64,000 nucleotides of DNA. Source: Laetmonice hystrix. Taxonomy: Eukaryota. Each line of letters starts with the position of its first letter. Within the stretch, counting starts at the first letter, position 1. Location: assembly GCA_965235115.1 (NCBI GenBank), contig OZ249436.1, positions 25,422,001 through 25,486,000 on the forward strand. Direction: 5' to 3'. The position numbers and the translations under genes are program-made. Under the pieces are notes generated by a model that was not told where the DNA came from, made no database searches, and worked only from the letters and a program-made list of their open reading frames with translations. Of the stretch, positions 15,001-30,000 are shown piece after piece.

Positions 15001-18000
15001 TCACAGAAAATACCCCACCCGCGCACATAACCTGAAAATATTCAACTTGTATCTCCAATGTATCCCTGTGCACCTAGTAGCACCCAAGCGGGCCCAATTT
15101 TGACATTCCAACACAAATACCGCAAATACCCGCCTAATGGCACAAAAAACTTTCTACCCCGTTGCAAGTCACATTAGCTTGCTGCTTGTCGTAAAAAATG
15201 GTGCAGACCATTTCTAAAGTCACAGTACCCCACTCCCGGCCTAATATTACGTTTCAGTATCCATATACGCTGCAAGCGGCAGGAACTCGAATACAGGCCT
15301 AAAAGTAACCCCAGTCTAGCAATATCATACTCTCATGCCATATACGAGCTTGTAATTATCTTTAATTAATGGGCTCCGCAGCACCAACCCACTGCATTAA
15401 CATTTGTTTAACAGCTTAACGCACCTTGTAAAAAATGTTCAAGTGCGTAAAAATGCGTGTCCACCTCCACATACTTTAAAAATCACTATACCCACCCAGC
15501 GACATTCACTCTAATACACGCCTAAGAGGAACTTCACTGTCCCATTTGATTCTCCAGCACGTATAGGATGTTTCAAGTAACATTCATCCACGGTCTGGCC
15601 CAATAACGTGCAACAAGGCATAGTAAGTCAATGCGAGCTCGCATGTCAAACCTAACCCGCCCCCCAGCACATGAGCTGAAAATATTCAAATAGCTTGAAA
15701 ACTAGAATATAGCTTTGCTTAATACCATTATACCATCAACTCGCATTACAGGCCTAATGCGAAGCTCCCAGCCTAAAACGAGTTTCCAATTAATTTAAAG
15801 TTAACAAGATGCACTAATAATCGATTCCAAGCCTAATTAGGCCATTGCTAGTTGGATAACCAAATCTCATACAAAATACACCCTCCCGGCAGATGACCTG
15901 AGAATATTCAACTCTTATGTCCGATATATCCCTGTCCGCTTAGTAGCACCCAGCCGGGCCCCCATTTTGACATTGCAACACCAATACACCAAGTGCCCAG
16001 CTAACAGCACAAATAACAGGATTCAGGGCTTCCTACCACGTTACAAGTCACAATAGATTGCTGCCTGTCGTAAAAATATACCAGACCATTTTAAAAAGTC
16101 ACAGAACCCTAATCCGGCCCTAATATGTCACTCCCAGTACCAATACACTCTGGAAGCACCATCAACTGAAATTCAGGCCTAGAACCCACCTCTCTCTACC
16201 AATATCATGCACCTAGTCCGTATACGAGGTTGTAATTTCCTTTAATCAACGGGCTGCGCCGCAGCAACCCACTCTGGTCTTTGCAATCTTTTTCAATATG
16301 CGTTAACATTTGTAACCAGCTCAACGCGCCTTGTAAAATTTTTCAAAGTGCGTAAAAGTGTGTGTCCACCCCGACACGCTTTCCAAACCACTATACCCAC
16401 CGAGCGACATCCACTCAAATACAGGCTTCGACCGATCCTCACTGTGCCAATAATCCGCCACAAGGCAAATTCAGTCAATGCAAGCTGGAAAATCGAATGT
16501 CAAACCTAATACTCCCCCCCCCCCAGCACGTTAACTGAAAATAATCAACTAGCTTGAAAACTAGAATATAGCTTTGTTTAGCTAACAATCTACTCTCCCA
16601 GCGCCATCAACTCGCATACAGGCGTAAAAGCAAACGCACTGCCCCATATAATGCTCCCAGCCTAAAACGATGTTGCAATTAATTTAAAATTAACAAGATG
16701 CACTAGTAATCCGATCCAAGCTTAATTACGTCATTGCTAGTTTCATAACCAAATCTCACAGAAAATACCCCACCCGCGCACATAACCTGAAAATATTCAA
16801 CTTTTATCTCCAATGTATCCCTGTGCACCTAGTAGCACCCAAGCGGGCCCAATTTTGACATCCCAACACAAATACCGCAAATACCCGCCTAATGGCACAA
16901 AAAACTTTCTACCCCGTTGCAAGTCACATTAGCTTGCTGCTTGTCGTAAAAAATGGTGCAGACCATTTCTAAAGTCACAGTACCCCACTCCCGGCCTAAT
17001 ATTACGTTTCAGTATCCATATACGCTGCAAGCGGCAGGAACTCGAATACAGGCCTAAAAGTAACCCCAGTCTAGCAATATCATACTCTCATGCCATATAC
17101 GAGCTTGTAATTATCTTTAATTAACGGGCTCCGCAGCACCAACCCACTGCATTAACATTTGTTTAACAGCTTAACGCACCTTGTAAAAAATTTTCAAGTG
17201 CGTAAAAATGCGTGTCCACCTCCACATACTTTAAAAATCACTATACCCACCCAGCGACATTCACTCTAATACACGCCTAAGAGGAACTTCACTGTCCCAT
17301 TTGATCCTCCAGCACGTATAGGATGTTTCAAGTAACATTTATCCACGGTCTGGCCCAATAACGTGCAACAAGGCATAGTAAGTCAATGCGACCTCGCATG
17401 TCAAACCTAACCCGCCCCCCAGCACATGAGGTGGAGATATTCAAATAGCTTGAAAACTAGAATATAGCTTTGCTTAATACCATTATACCATCAACTCGCA
17501 TTACAGGCCTAATGCGAAGCTCCCAGCCTAAAACGAGTTTCCAATTAATTTAAAGTTAACAAGATGCACTAATAATCGATTCCAAGCCTAATTAGGCCAT
17601 TGCTAGTTGGATAACCAAATCTCATACAAAATACACCCTCCCGGCAGATGACCTGAGAATATTCAACTCTTATGTCCGATATATCCCTGTCCGCTTAGTA
17701 GCACCCAGCCGGGCCCCCATTTTGACATTGCAACACCAATACAGCAAGTGCCCAGCTAACAGCACAAATAACAGGATTCAGGGCTTCCTACCACGTTACA
17801 AGTCACAATAGATTGCTGCCTGTCGTAAAAATATACCAGACCATTTTAAAAAGTCACAGAACCCCAATCCGGCCCTAATATGTCACTCCCAGTACCAATA
17901 CACTCTGGAAGCACCATCAACTGAAATTCAGGCCTAGAACCCACCTCTCTCTACCAATATCATGCACCTAGTCCGTATACGAGGTTGTAATTTCCTTTAA

Positions 18001-21000
18001 TCAACGGGCTGCGCCGCAGCAACCCACTCTGGTCTTTGCAATCTTTTTCAATATGCGTTAACATTTGTGACCAGCTCAACGCGCCTTGTAAAATTTTTCA
18101 AAGTGCGTAAAAGTGTGTGTCCACCCCGTCACGCTTTCCAAACCACTATACCCACCGAGCGACATCCACTCAAATACAGGCTTCGACCGATCCTCACTGT
18201 GCCAATAATCCGGCACAAGGCAAATTCAGTCAATGCAAGCTGGAAAATCGAATGTCAAACCTAATACTCCCCCCCCCAGCACGTTAACTGAAAATAATCA
18301 ACTAGCTTGAAAACTAGAATATAGCTTTGTTTAGCTAACAATCTACTCTCCCAGCGCCATCAACTCGCATACAGGCGTAAAAGCAAACGCACTGCCCCAT
18401 ATAATGCTCCCAGCCTAAAACGATGTTGCAATTAATTTAAAATTAACAAGATGCACTAGTAATCCGATCCAAGCTTAATTACGTCATTGCTAGTTTCATA
18501 ACCAAATCTCACAGAAAATACCCCACCCGGGCACATAACCTGAAAATATTCAACTTTTATCTCCAATGTATCCCTGTGCACCTAGTAGCACCCAAGCGGG
18601 CCCAATTTTGACATCCCAACACAAATACCGCAAATACCCGCCTAATGGCACAAAAAACTTTCTACCCCGTTGCAAGTCACATTAGCTTGCTGCTTGTCGT
18701 AAAAAATGGTGCAGACCATTTCTAAAGTCACAGTACCCCACTCCCGGCCTAATATTACGTTTCAGTATCCATATACGCTGCAAGCGGCAGGAACTCGAAT
18801 ACAGGCCTAAAAGTAACCCCAGTCTAGCAATATCATACTCTCATGCCATATACGAGCTTGTAATTATCTTTAATTAATGGGCTCCGCAGCACCAACCCAC
18901 TGCATTAACATTTGTTTAACAGCTTAACGCCCCTTGTAAAAAATTTTCAAGTGCGTAAAAATGCGTGTCCACCTCCACATACTTTAAAAATCACTATACC
19001 CACCCAGCGACATTCACTCTAATACACGCCTAAGAGGAACTTCACTGTCCCATTTGATCCTCCAGCACGTATAGGATGTTTCAAGTAACATTTATCCACG
19101 GTCTGGCCCAATAACGTGCAACAAGGCATAGTAAGTCAATGCGACCTCGCATGTCAAACCTAACCCGCCCCCCAGCACATGAGGTGGAGATATTCAAATA
19201 GCTTGAAAACTAGAATATAGCTTTGCTTAATACCATTATACCATCAACTCGCATTACAGGCCTAATGCGAAGCTCCCAGCCTAAAACGAGTTTCCAATTA
19301 ATTTAAAGTTAACAAGATGCACTAATAATCGATTCCAAGCCTAATTAGGCCATTGCTAGTTGGATAACCAAATCTCATACAAAATACACCCTCCCGGCAG
19401 ATGACCTGAGAATATTCAACTCTTATTTCCGATATATCCCTGTCCGCTTAGTAGCACCCAGCCGGGCCCCCATTTTGACATTGCAACACCAATACAGCAA
19501 GTGCCCAGCTAACAGCACAAATAACAGGATTCAGGGCTTCCTACCACGTTACAAGTCACAATAGATTGCTGCCTGTCGTAAAAATATACCAGACCATTTT
19601 AAAAAGTCACAGAACCCCAATCCGGCCCTAATATGTCACTCCCAGTACCAATAGACGCTGGAAGCACCATCAACTGAAATTCAGGCCTAGAACCCACCTC
19701 TCTCTACCAATATCATGCACCTAGTCCGTATACGAGGTTGTAATTTACTTTAATCAACGGGCTGCGCCGCAGCAACCCACTCTGGTCTTTGCAATCTTTT
19801 TCAATATGCGTTAACATTTGTGACCAGCTCAACGCGCCTTGTAAAATTTTTCAAAGTGCGTAAAAGTGTGTGTCCACCCCGACACGCTTTCCAAACCACT
19901 ATACCCACCGAGCGACATCCACTCAAATACAGGCTTCGACCGATCCTCACTGTGCCAATAATCCGCCACAAGGCAAATTCAGTCAATGCAAGCTGGAAAA
20001 TCGAATGTCAAACCTAATGCTCCCCCCCCCCAGCACGTTAACTGAAAATAATCAACTAGCTTGAAAACTAGAATATAGCTTTGTTTAGCTAACAATCTAC
20101 TCTCCCAGCGCCATCAACTCGCATACAGGCGTAAAAGCAAACGCACTGCCCCATATAATGCTCCCAGCCTAAAACGATGTCGCAATTAATTTAAAATTAA
20201 CAAGATGCACTAGTAATCCGATCCAAGCCTAATTACGTCATTGCTAGTTTCATAACCAAATCTCACAGAAAATACCCCACCCGCGCACATAACCTAAAAA
20301 TATTTAACTTTTATCTCCAATGTATCCCTGTGCACCTAGTAGCACCCAAGCGGGCCCAATTTTGACATTCCAACACAAATACCGCAAATACCCGCCTAAT
20401 GGCACAAAAAACTTTCTACCCCGTTGCAAGTCACATTAGCTTGCTGCTTGTCGTAAAAAATGGTGCAGACCATTTCTAAAGTCACAGTACCCCACTCTCG
20501 GCCTAATATTACGTTTCAGTATCCATATACGCTGCAAGCGGCAAGAACTCGAATACAGGCCTAAAAGTAACCCCAGTCTAGCAATATCATACTCTCATGC
20601 CATATACGAGCTTGTAATTATCTTTAATTAATGGGCTCCGCAGCACCAACCCACTGCATTAACATTTGTTTAACAGCTTAACGCACCTTGTAAAAAATTT
20701 TCAAGTGCGTAAAAATGCGTGTCCACCTCCACATACTTTAAAAATCACTATACCCACCCAGCGACATTCACTCTAATACACGCCTAAGAGGAACTTCACT
20801 GTCCCATTTGATTCTCCAGCACGTATAGGATGTTTCAAGTAACATTCATCCACGGTCTGGCCCAATAACGTGCAACAAGGCATAGTAAGTCAATGCGAGC
20901 TCGCATGTCAAACCTAACCCGCCCCCCAGCACATGAGCTGAAAATATTCAAATAGCTTGAAAACTAGAATATAGCTTTGCTTAATACCATTATACCATCA

Positions 21001-24000
21001 ACTCGCATTACAGGCCTAAGGCGAAGCTCCCAGCCTAAAACGAGTTTCCAATTAATTTAAAGTTAACAAGATGCACTAATAATCGATTCCAAGCCTAATT
21101 AGGCCATTGCTAGTTGGATAACCAAATCTCATACAAAATACACCCTCCCGGCAGATGACCTGAGAATATTCAACTCTTATGTCCGATATATCCCTGTCCG
21201 CTTAGTAGCACCCAGCCGGGCCCCCATTTTGACATTGCAACACCAATACAGCAAGTGCCCAGCTAACAGCACAAATAACAGGATTCAGGGCTTCCTACCA
21301 CGTTACAAGTCACAATAGATTGCTGCCTGTCGTAAAAATATACCAGACCATTTTAAAAAGTCACAGAACCCCAATCCGGCCCTAATATGTCACTCCCAGT
21401 ACCAATACACGCTGGAAGCACCATCAACTGAAATTCAGGCCTAGAACCCACCTCTCTCTACCAATATCATGCACCTAGTCCGTATACGAGGTTGTAATTT
21501 ACTTTAATCAACGGGCTGCGCCGCAGCAACCCACTCTGGTCTTTGCAATCTTTTTCAATATGCGTTAACATTTGTAACCAGCTCAACGCGCCTTGTAAAA
21601 TTTTTCAAAGTGCGTAAAAGTGTGTGTCCACCCCGACACGCTTTCCAAACCACTATACCCACCGAGCGACATCCACTCAAATACAGGCTTCGACCGATCC
21701 TCACTGTGCCAATAATCCGCCACAAGGCAAATTCAGTCAATGCAAGCTGGAAAATCGAATGTCAAACCTAATGCTCCCCCCCCCCAGCACGTTAACTGAA
21801 AATAATCAACTAGCTTGAAAACTAGAATATAGCTTTGTTTAGCTAACAATCTACTCTCCCAGCGCCATCAACTCGCATACAGGCGTAAAAGCAAACGCAC
21901 TGCCCCATATAATGCTCCGAGCCTAAAACGATGTTGCAATTAATTTAAAATTAACAAGATGCACTAGTAATCCGATCCAAGCCTAATTACGTCATTGCTA
22001 GTTTCATAACCAAATCTCACAGAAAATACCCCACCCGCGCACATAACCTGAAAATATTCAACTTTTATCTCCAATGTATCCCTGTGCACCTAGTAGCACC
22101 CAAGCGGGCCCAATTTTGACATTCCAACACAAATACCGCAAATACCCGCCTAATGGCACAAAAAACTTTCTACCCCGTTGCAAGTCACATTAGCTTGCTG
22201 CTTGTCGTAAAAAATGGTGCAGACCATTTCTAAAGTCACAGTACCCCACTCCCGGCCTAATATTACGTTTCAGTATCCATATACGCTGCAAGCGGCAGGA
22301 ACTCGAATACAGGCCTAAAAGTAACCCCAGTCTAGCAATATCATACTCTCATGCCATATACGAGCTTGTAATTATCTTTAAATTATGGGCTCCGCAGCAC
22401 CAACCCACTGCATTAACATTTGTTTAACAGCTTAACGCACCTTGTAAAAAATTTTCAAGTGCGTAAAAACGCGTGTCCACCTCCACATACTTTAAAAATC
22501 ACTATACCCACCCAGCGACATTCACTCTAATACACGCCTAAGAGGAACTTCACTGTCCCATTTGATTCTCCAGCACGTATAGGATGTTTCAAGTAACATT
22601 TATCCACGGTCTGGCCCAATAACGTGCAACAAGGCATAGTAAGTCAATGCGACCTCGCATGTCAAACCTAACCCGCCCCCCAGCACATGAGCTGGAGATA
22701 TTCAAATAGCTTGAAAACTAGAATATAGCTTTGCTTAATACCATTATACCATCAACTCGCATTACAGGCCTAATGCGAAGCTCCCAGCCTAAAACGAGTT
22801 TCCAATTAATTTAAAGTTAACAAGATGCACTAATAATCGATTCCAAGCCTAATTAGGCCATTGCTAGTTGGATAACCAAATCTCATACAAAATACACCCT
22901 CCCGGCAGATGACCTGAGAATATTCAACTCTTATGTCCGATATATCCCTGTCCGCTTAGTAGCACCCAGCCGGGCCCCCATTTTGACATTGCAACACCAA
23001 TACAGCAAGTGCCCAGCTAACAGCACAAATAACAGGATTCAGGGCTTCCTACCACGTTACAAGTCACAATAGATTGCTGCCTGTCGTAAAAATATACCAG
23101 ACCATTTTAAAAAGTCACAGAACCCCAATCCGGCCCTAATATGTCACTCCCAGTACCAATACACTCTGGAAGCACCATCAACTGAAATTCAGGCCTAGAA
23201 CCCACCTCTCTCTACCAATATCATGCACCTAGTCCGTATACGAGGTTGTAATTTCCTTTAATCAACGGGCTGCGCCGCAGCAACCCACTCTGGTCTTTGC
23301 AATCTTTTTCGATATGCGTTAACATTTGTGACCAGCTCAACGCGCCTTGTAAAATTTTTCAAAGTGCGTAAAAGTGTGTGTCCACCCCGACACGCTTTCC
23401 AAACCACTATACCCACCGAGCGACATCCACTCAAATACAGGCTTCGACCGATCCTCACTGTGCCAATAATCCGCCACAAGGCAAATTCAGTCAATGCAAG
23501 CTGGAAAATCGAATGTCAAACCTAATGCTCCCCCCCCCAGCACGTTAACTGAAAATAATCAACTAGCTTGAAAACTAGAATATAGCTTTGTTAAGCTAAC
23601 AATCTACTCTCCCAGCGCCATCAACTCGCATACAGGCGTAAAAGCAAACGCACTGCCCCATATAATGCTCCCAGCCTAAAACGATGTTGCAATTAATTTA
23701 AAATTAACAAGATGCACTAGTAATCCGATCCAAGCCTAATTACGTCATTGCTAGTTTCATAACCAAATCTCACAGAAAATACCCCACCCGCGCACATAAC
23801 CTGAAAATATTCAACTTTTATCTCCAATGTATCCCTGTGCACCTAGTAGCACCCAAGCGGGCCCAATTTTGACATTCCAACACAAATACCGCAAATACCC
23901 GCCTAATGACACAAAAAACTTTCTACCCCGTTGCAAGTCACATTAGCTTGCTGCTTGTCGTAAAAAATGGTGCAGACCATTTCTAAAGTCACAGTACCCC

Positions 24001-27000
24001 ACTCCCGGCCTAATATTACGTTTCAGTATCCATATACGCTGCAAGCGGCAGGAACTCGAATACAGGCCTAAAAGTAACCCCAGTCTAGCAATATCATACT
24101 CTCATGCCATATACGAGCTTGTAATTATCTTTAATTAATGGGCTCCGCAGCACCAACCCACTGCATTAACATTTGTTTAACAGCTTAACGCACCTTGTAA
24201 AAAATTTTCAAGTGCGTAAAAATGCGTGTCCACCTCCACATACTTTAAAAATCACTATACCCACCCAGCGACATTCACTCTAATACACGCCTAAGAGGAA
24301 CTTCACTGTCCCATTTGATTCTCCAGCACGTATACGATGTTTCAAGTAACATTCATCCACGGTCTGGCCCAATAACGTGCAACAAGGCATAGTAAGTCAA
24401 TGCGACCTCGCATGTCAAACCTAACCCGCCCCCCAGCACATGAGCTGAAAATATTCAAATAGCGTGAAAACTAGAATATAGCTTTGCTTAATACCATTAT
24501 ACCATCAACTCGCATTACAGGCCTAATGCGAAGCTCCCAGCCTAAAACGAGTTTCCAATTAATTTAAAGTTAACAAGATGCACTAATAATCGATTCCAAG
24601 CCTAATTAGGCCATTGCTAGTTGGATAACCAAATCTCATACAAAATACACCCTCCCAGCAGATGACCTGAGAATATTCAACTCTTATGTCCGATATATCC
24701 CTGTCCGCTTTGTAGCACCCAGCCGGGCCCCCATTTTGACATTGCAACACCAATACAGCAAGTGCCCAGCTAACAGCACAAATAACAGGATTCAGGGCTT
24801 CCTACCACGTTACAAGTCACAATAGATTGCTGCCTGTCGTAAAAATATACCAGACCATTTTAAAAAGTCACAGAACCCCAATCCGGCCCTAATATGTCAC
24901 TCCCAGTACCAATACACGCTGGAAGCACCATTAACTGAAATTCAGGCCTAGAACCCACCTCTCTCTACCAATATCATGCACCTAGTCCGTATACGAGGTT
25001 GTAATTTCCTTTAATCAACGGGCTGCGCCGCAGCAACCCACTCTGGTCTTTGCAATCTTTTTCAATATGCGTTAACATTTGTGACCAGCTCAACGCGCCT
25101 TGTAAAATTTTTCAAAGTGCGTAAAAGTGTGTGTCCACCCCGACACGCTTTCCAAACCACTATACCCACCGAGCGACATCCAGTCAAATACAGGCTTCGA
25201 CCGATCCTCACTGTGCCAATAATCCGCCACAAGGCAAATTCAGTCAATGCAAGCTGGAAAATCGAATGTCAAACCTAATGCTCCCCCCCAGCACGTTAAC
25301 TGAAAATAATCAACTAGCTTGAAAACTAGAATATAGCTTTGTTAAGCTAACAATCTACTCTCCCAGCGCCATCAACTCGCATACAGGCGTAAAAGCAAAC
25401 GCACTGCCCCATATAATGCTCCCAGCCTAAAACGATGTTGCAATTAATTTAAAATTAACAAGATGCACTAGTAATCCGATCCAAGCCTAATTACGTCATT
25501 GCTAGTTTCATAACCAAATCTCACAGAAAATACCCCACCCGCGCACATAACCTGAAAATATTCAACTTTTATCTCCAATGTATCCCTGTGCACCTAGTAG
25601 CACCCAAGCGGGCCAAATTTTGACATTCCAACACAAATACCGCAAATACCCGCCTAATGGCACAAAAAACTTTCTACCCCGTTGCAAGTCACATTAGCTT
25701 GCTGCTTGTCGTAAAAAATGGTGCAGACCATTTCTAAAGTCACAGTACCCCACTCCCGGCCTAATATTACGTTTCAGTATCCATATACGCTGCAAGCGGC
25801 AGGAACTCGAATACAGGCCTAAAAGTAACCCCAGTCTAGCAATATCATACTCTCATGCCATATACGAGCTTGTAATTATCTTTAATTAATGGGCTCCGCA
25901 GCACCAACCCACTGCATTAACATTTGTTTAACAGCTTAACGCACCTTGTAAAAAATTTTCAAGTGCGTAAAAATGCGTGTCCACCTCCACATACTTTAAA
26001 AATCACTATACCCACCCAGCGACATTCACTCTAATACACGCCTAAGAGGAACTTCACTGTCCCATTTGATTCTCCAGCACGTATAGGATGTTTCAAGTAA
26101 CATTCATCCACGGTCTGGCCCAATAACGCGCAACAAGGCATAGTAAGTCAATGCGACCTCGCATGTCAAACCTAACCCGCCCCCCAGCACATGAGCTGAA
26201 AATATTCAAATAGCGTGAAAACTAGAATATAGCTTTGCTTAATACCATTATACCATCAACTCGCATTACAGGCCTAATGCGAAGCTCCCAGCCTAAAACG
26301 AGTTTCCAATTAATTTAAAGTTAACAAGATGCACTAATAATCGATTCCAAGCCTAATTAGGCCATTGCTAGTTGGATAACCAAATCTCATACAAAATACA
26401 CCCTCCCAGCAGATGACCTGAGAATATTCAACTCTTATGTCCGATATATCCCTGTCCGCTTTGTAGCACCCAGCCGGGCCCCCATTTTGACATTGCAACA
26501 CCAATACAGCAAGTGCCCAGCTAACAGCACAAATAACAGGATACCAGTACCAATACACGCTGGAAGCACCATTAACTGAAATTCAGGCCTAGAACCCACC
26601 TCTCTCTACCAATATCATGCACCTAGTCCGTATACGAGGTTGTAATTTCCTTTAATCAACGGGCTGCGCCGCAGCAACCCACTCTGGTCTTTGCAATCTT
26701 TTTCAATATGCGTTAACATTTGTGACCAGCTCAACGCGCCTTGTAAAATTTTTCAAAGTGCGTAAAAGTGTGTGTCCACCCCGACACGCTTTCCAAACCA
26801 CTATACCCACCGAGCGACATCCAGTCAAATACAGGCTTCGACCGATCCTCACTGTGCCAATAATCCGCCACAAGGCAAATTCAGTCAATGCAAGCTGGAA
26901 AATCGAATGTCAAACCTAATGCTCCCCCCCAGCACGTTAACTGAAAATAATCAACTAGCTTGAAAACTAGAATATAGCTTTGTTAAGCTAACAATCTACT

Positions 27001-30000
27001 CTCCCAGCGCCATCAACTCGCATACAGGCGTAAAAGCAAACGCACTGCCCCATATAATGCTCCCAGCCTAAAACGATGTTGCAATTAATTTAAAATTAAC
27101 AAGATGCACTAGTAATCCGATCCAAGCCTAATTACGTCATTGCTAGTTTCATAACCAAATCTCACAGAAAATACCCCACCCGCGCACATAACCTGAAAAT
27201 ATTCAACTTTTATCTCCAATGTATCCCTGTGCACCTAGTAGCACCCAAGCGGGCCCAATTTTGACATTCCAACACAAATACCGCAAATACCCGCCTAATG
27301 GCACAAAAAACTTTCTACCCCGTTGCAAGTCACATTAGCTTGCTGCTTGTCGTAAAAAATGGTGCAGACCATTTCTAAAGTCACAGTACCCCACTCCCGG
27401 CCTAATATTACGTTTCAGTATCCATATACGCTGCAAGCGGCAGGAACTCGAATACAGGCCTAAAAGTAACCCCAGTCTAGCAATATCATACTCTCATGCC
27501 ATATACGAGCTTGTAATTATCTTTAATTAATGAGCTCCGCAGCACCAACCCACTGCATTAACATTTGTTTAACAGCTTAACGCACCTTGTAAAAAATTTT
27601 CAAGTGCGTAAAAATGCGTGTCCACCTCCACATACTTTAAAAATCACTATACCCACCCAGCGACATTCACTCTAATACACGCCTAAGAGGAACTTCACTG
27701 TCCCATTTGATTCTCCAGCACGTATAGGATGTTTCAAGTAACATTCATCCACGGTCTGGCCCAATAACGCGCAACAAGGCATAGTAAGTCAATGCGACCT
27801 CGCATGTCAAACCTAACCCGCCCCCCAGCACATGAGCTGAAAATATTCAAATAGCGTGAAAACTAGAATATAGCTTTGCTTAATACCATTATACCATCAA
27901 CTCGCATTACAGGCCTAATGCGAAGCTCCCAGCCTAAAACGAGTTTCCAATTAATTTAAAGTTAACAAGATGCACTAATAATCGATTCCAAGCCTAATTA
28001 GGCCATTGCTAGTTGGATAACCAAATCTCATACAAAATACACCCTCCCAGCAGATGACCTGAGAATATTCAACTCTTATGTCCGATATATCCCTGTCCGC
28101 TTTGTAGCACCCAGCCGGGCCCCCATTTTGACATTGCAACACCAATACAGCAAGTGCCCAGCTAACAGCACAAATAACAGGATTCAGGGCTTCCTACCAC
28201 GTTACAAGTCACAATAGATTGCTGCCTGTCGTAAAAATATACCAGACCATTTTAAAAAGTCACAGAACCCCAATCCGGCCCTAATATGTCACTCCCAGTA
28301 CCAATACACTCTGGAAGCACCATCAACTGAAATTCAGGCCTAGAACCCACCTCTCTCTACCAATATCATGCACCTAGTCCGTATACGAGGTTGTAATTTC
28401 CTTTAATCAACGGGCTGCGCCGCAGCAACCCACTCTGGTCTTTGCAATCTTTTTCAATATGCGTTAACATTTGTGACCAGCTCAACGCGCCTTGTAAAAT
28501 TTTTCAAAGTGCGTAAAAGTGTGTGTCCACCCCGACACGCTTTCCAAACCACTATACCCACCGAGCGACATCCACTCAAATACAGGCTTCGACCGATCCT
28601 CACTGTGCCAATAATCCGCCACAAGGCAAATTCAGTCAATGCAAGCTGGAAAATCGAATGTCAAACCTAATGCTCCCCCCCCCAGCACGTTAACTGAAAA
28701 TAATCAACTAGCTTGAAAACTAGAATATAGCTTTGTTTAGCTAACAATCTACTCTCCCAGCGCCATCAACTCGCATACAGGCGTAAAAGCAAACGCACTG
28801 CCCCATATAATGCTCCCAGCCTAAAACGATGTTGCAATTAATTTAAAATTAACAAGATGCACTAGTAATCCGATCCAAGCCTAATTACGTCATTGCTAGT
28901 TTCATAACCAAATCTCACAGAAAATACCCCACCCGCGCACATAACCTGAAAATATTCAACTTTTATCTCCAATGTATCCCTGTGCACCTAGTAGCACCCA
29001 AGCGGGCCCAATTTTGACATTCCAACACAAATACCGCAAATACCCGCCTAATGGCACAAAAAACTTTCTACCCCGTTGCAAGTCACATTAGCTTGCTGCT
29101 TGTCGTAAAAAATGGTGCAGACCATTTCTAAAGTCACAGTACCCCACTCCCGGCCTGATATTACGTTTCAGTATCCATATACGCTGCAAGCGGCAGGAAC
29201 TCGAATACAGGCCTAAAAGTAACCCCAGTCTAGCAATATCATACTCTCATGCCATATACGAGCTTGTAATTATCTTTAATTAATGGGCTCCGCAGCACCA
29301 ACCCACTGCATTAACATTTGTTTAACAGCTTAACGCACCTTGTAAAAAATTTTCAAGTGCGTAAAAATGCGTGTCCACCTCCACATACTTTAAAAATCAC
29401 TATACCCACCCAGCGACATTCACTCTAATACACGCCTAAGAGGAACTTCACTGTCCCATTTGATTCTCCAGCACGTATATTATGTTTCAAGTAACATTTA
29501 TCCACGGTCTGGCCCAATAACGTGCAACAAGGCATACTAAGTCAATGCGACCTCGCATGTCAAACCTAACCCGCCCCCCAGCACATGAGCTGGAGATATT
29601 CAAATAGCTTGAAAACTAGAATATAGCTTTGCTTAATACCATTATACCATCAACTCGCATTACAGGCCTAATGCGAAGCTCCCAGCCTAAAACGAGTTTC
29701 CAATTAATTTAAAGTTAACAAGATGCACTAATAATCGATTCCAAGCCTAATTAGGCCATTGCTAGTTGGATAACCAAATCTCATACAAAATACACCCTCC
29801 CGGCAGATGACCTGAGAATATTCAACTCTTATGTCCGATATATCCCTGTCCGCTTAGTAGCACCCAGCCGGGCCCCCATTTTGACATTGCAACACCAATA
29901 CAGCAAGTGCCCAGCTAACAGCACAAATAACAGGATTCAGGGCTTCCTACCACGTTACAAGTCACAATAGATTGCTGCCTGTCGTAAAAATATACCAGAC

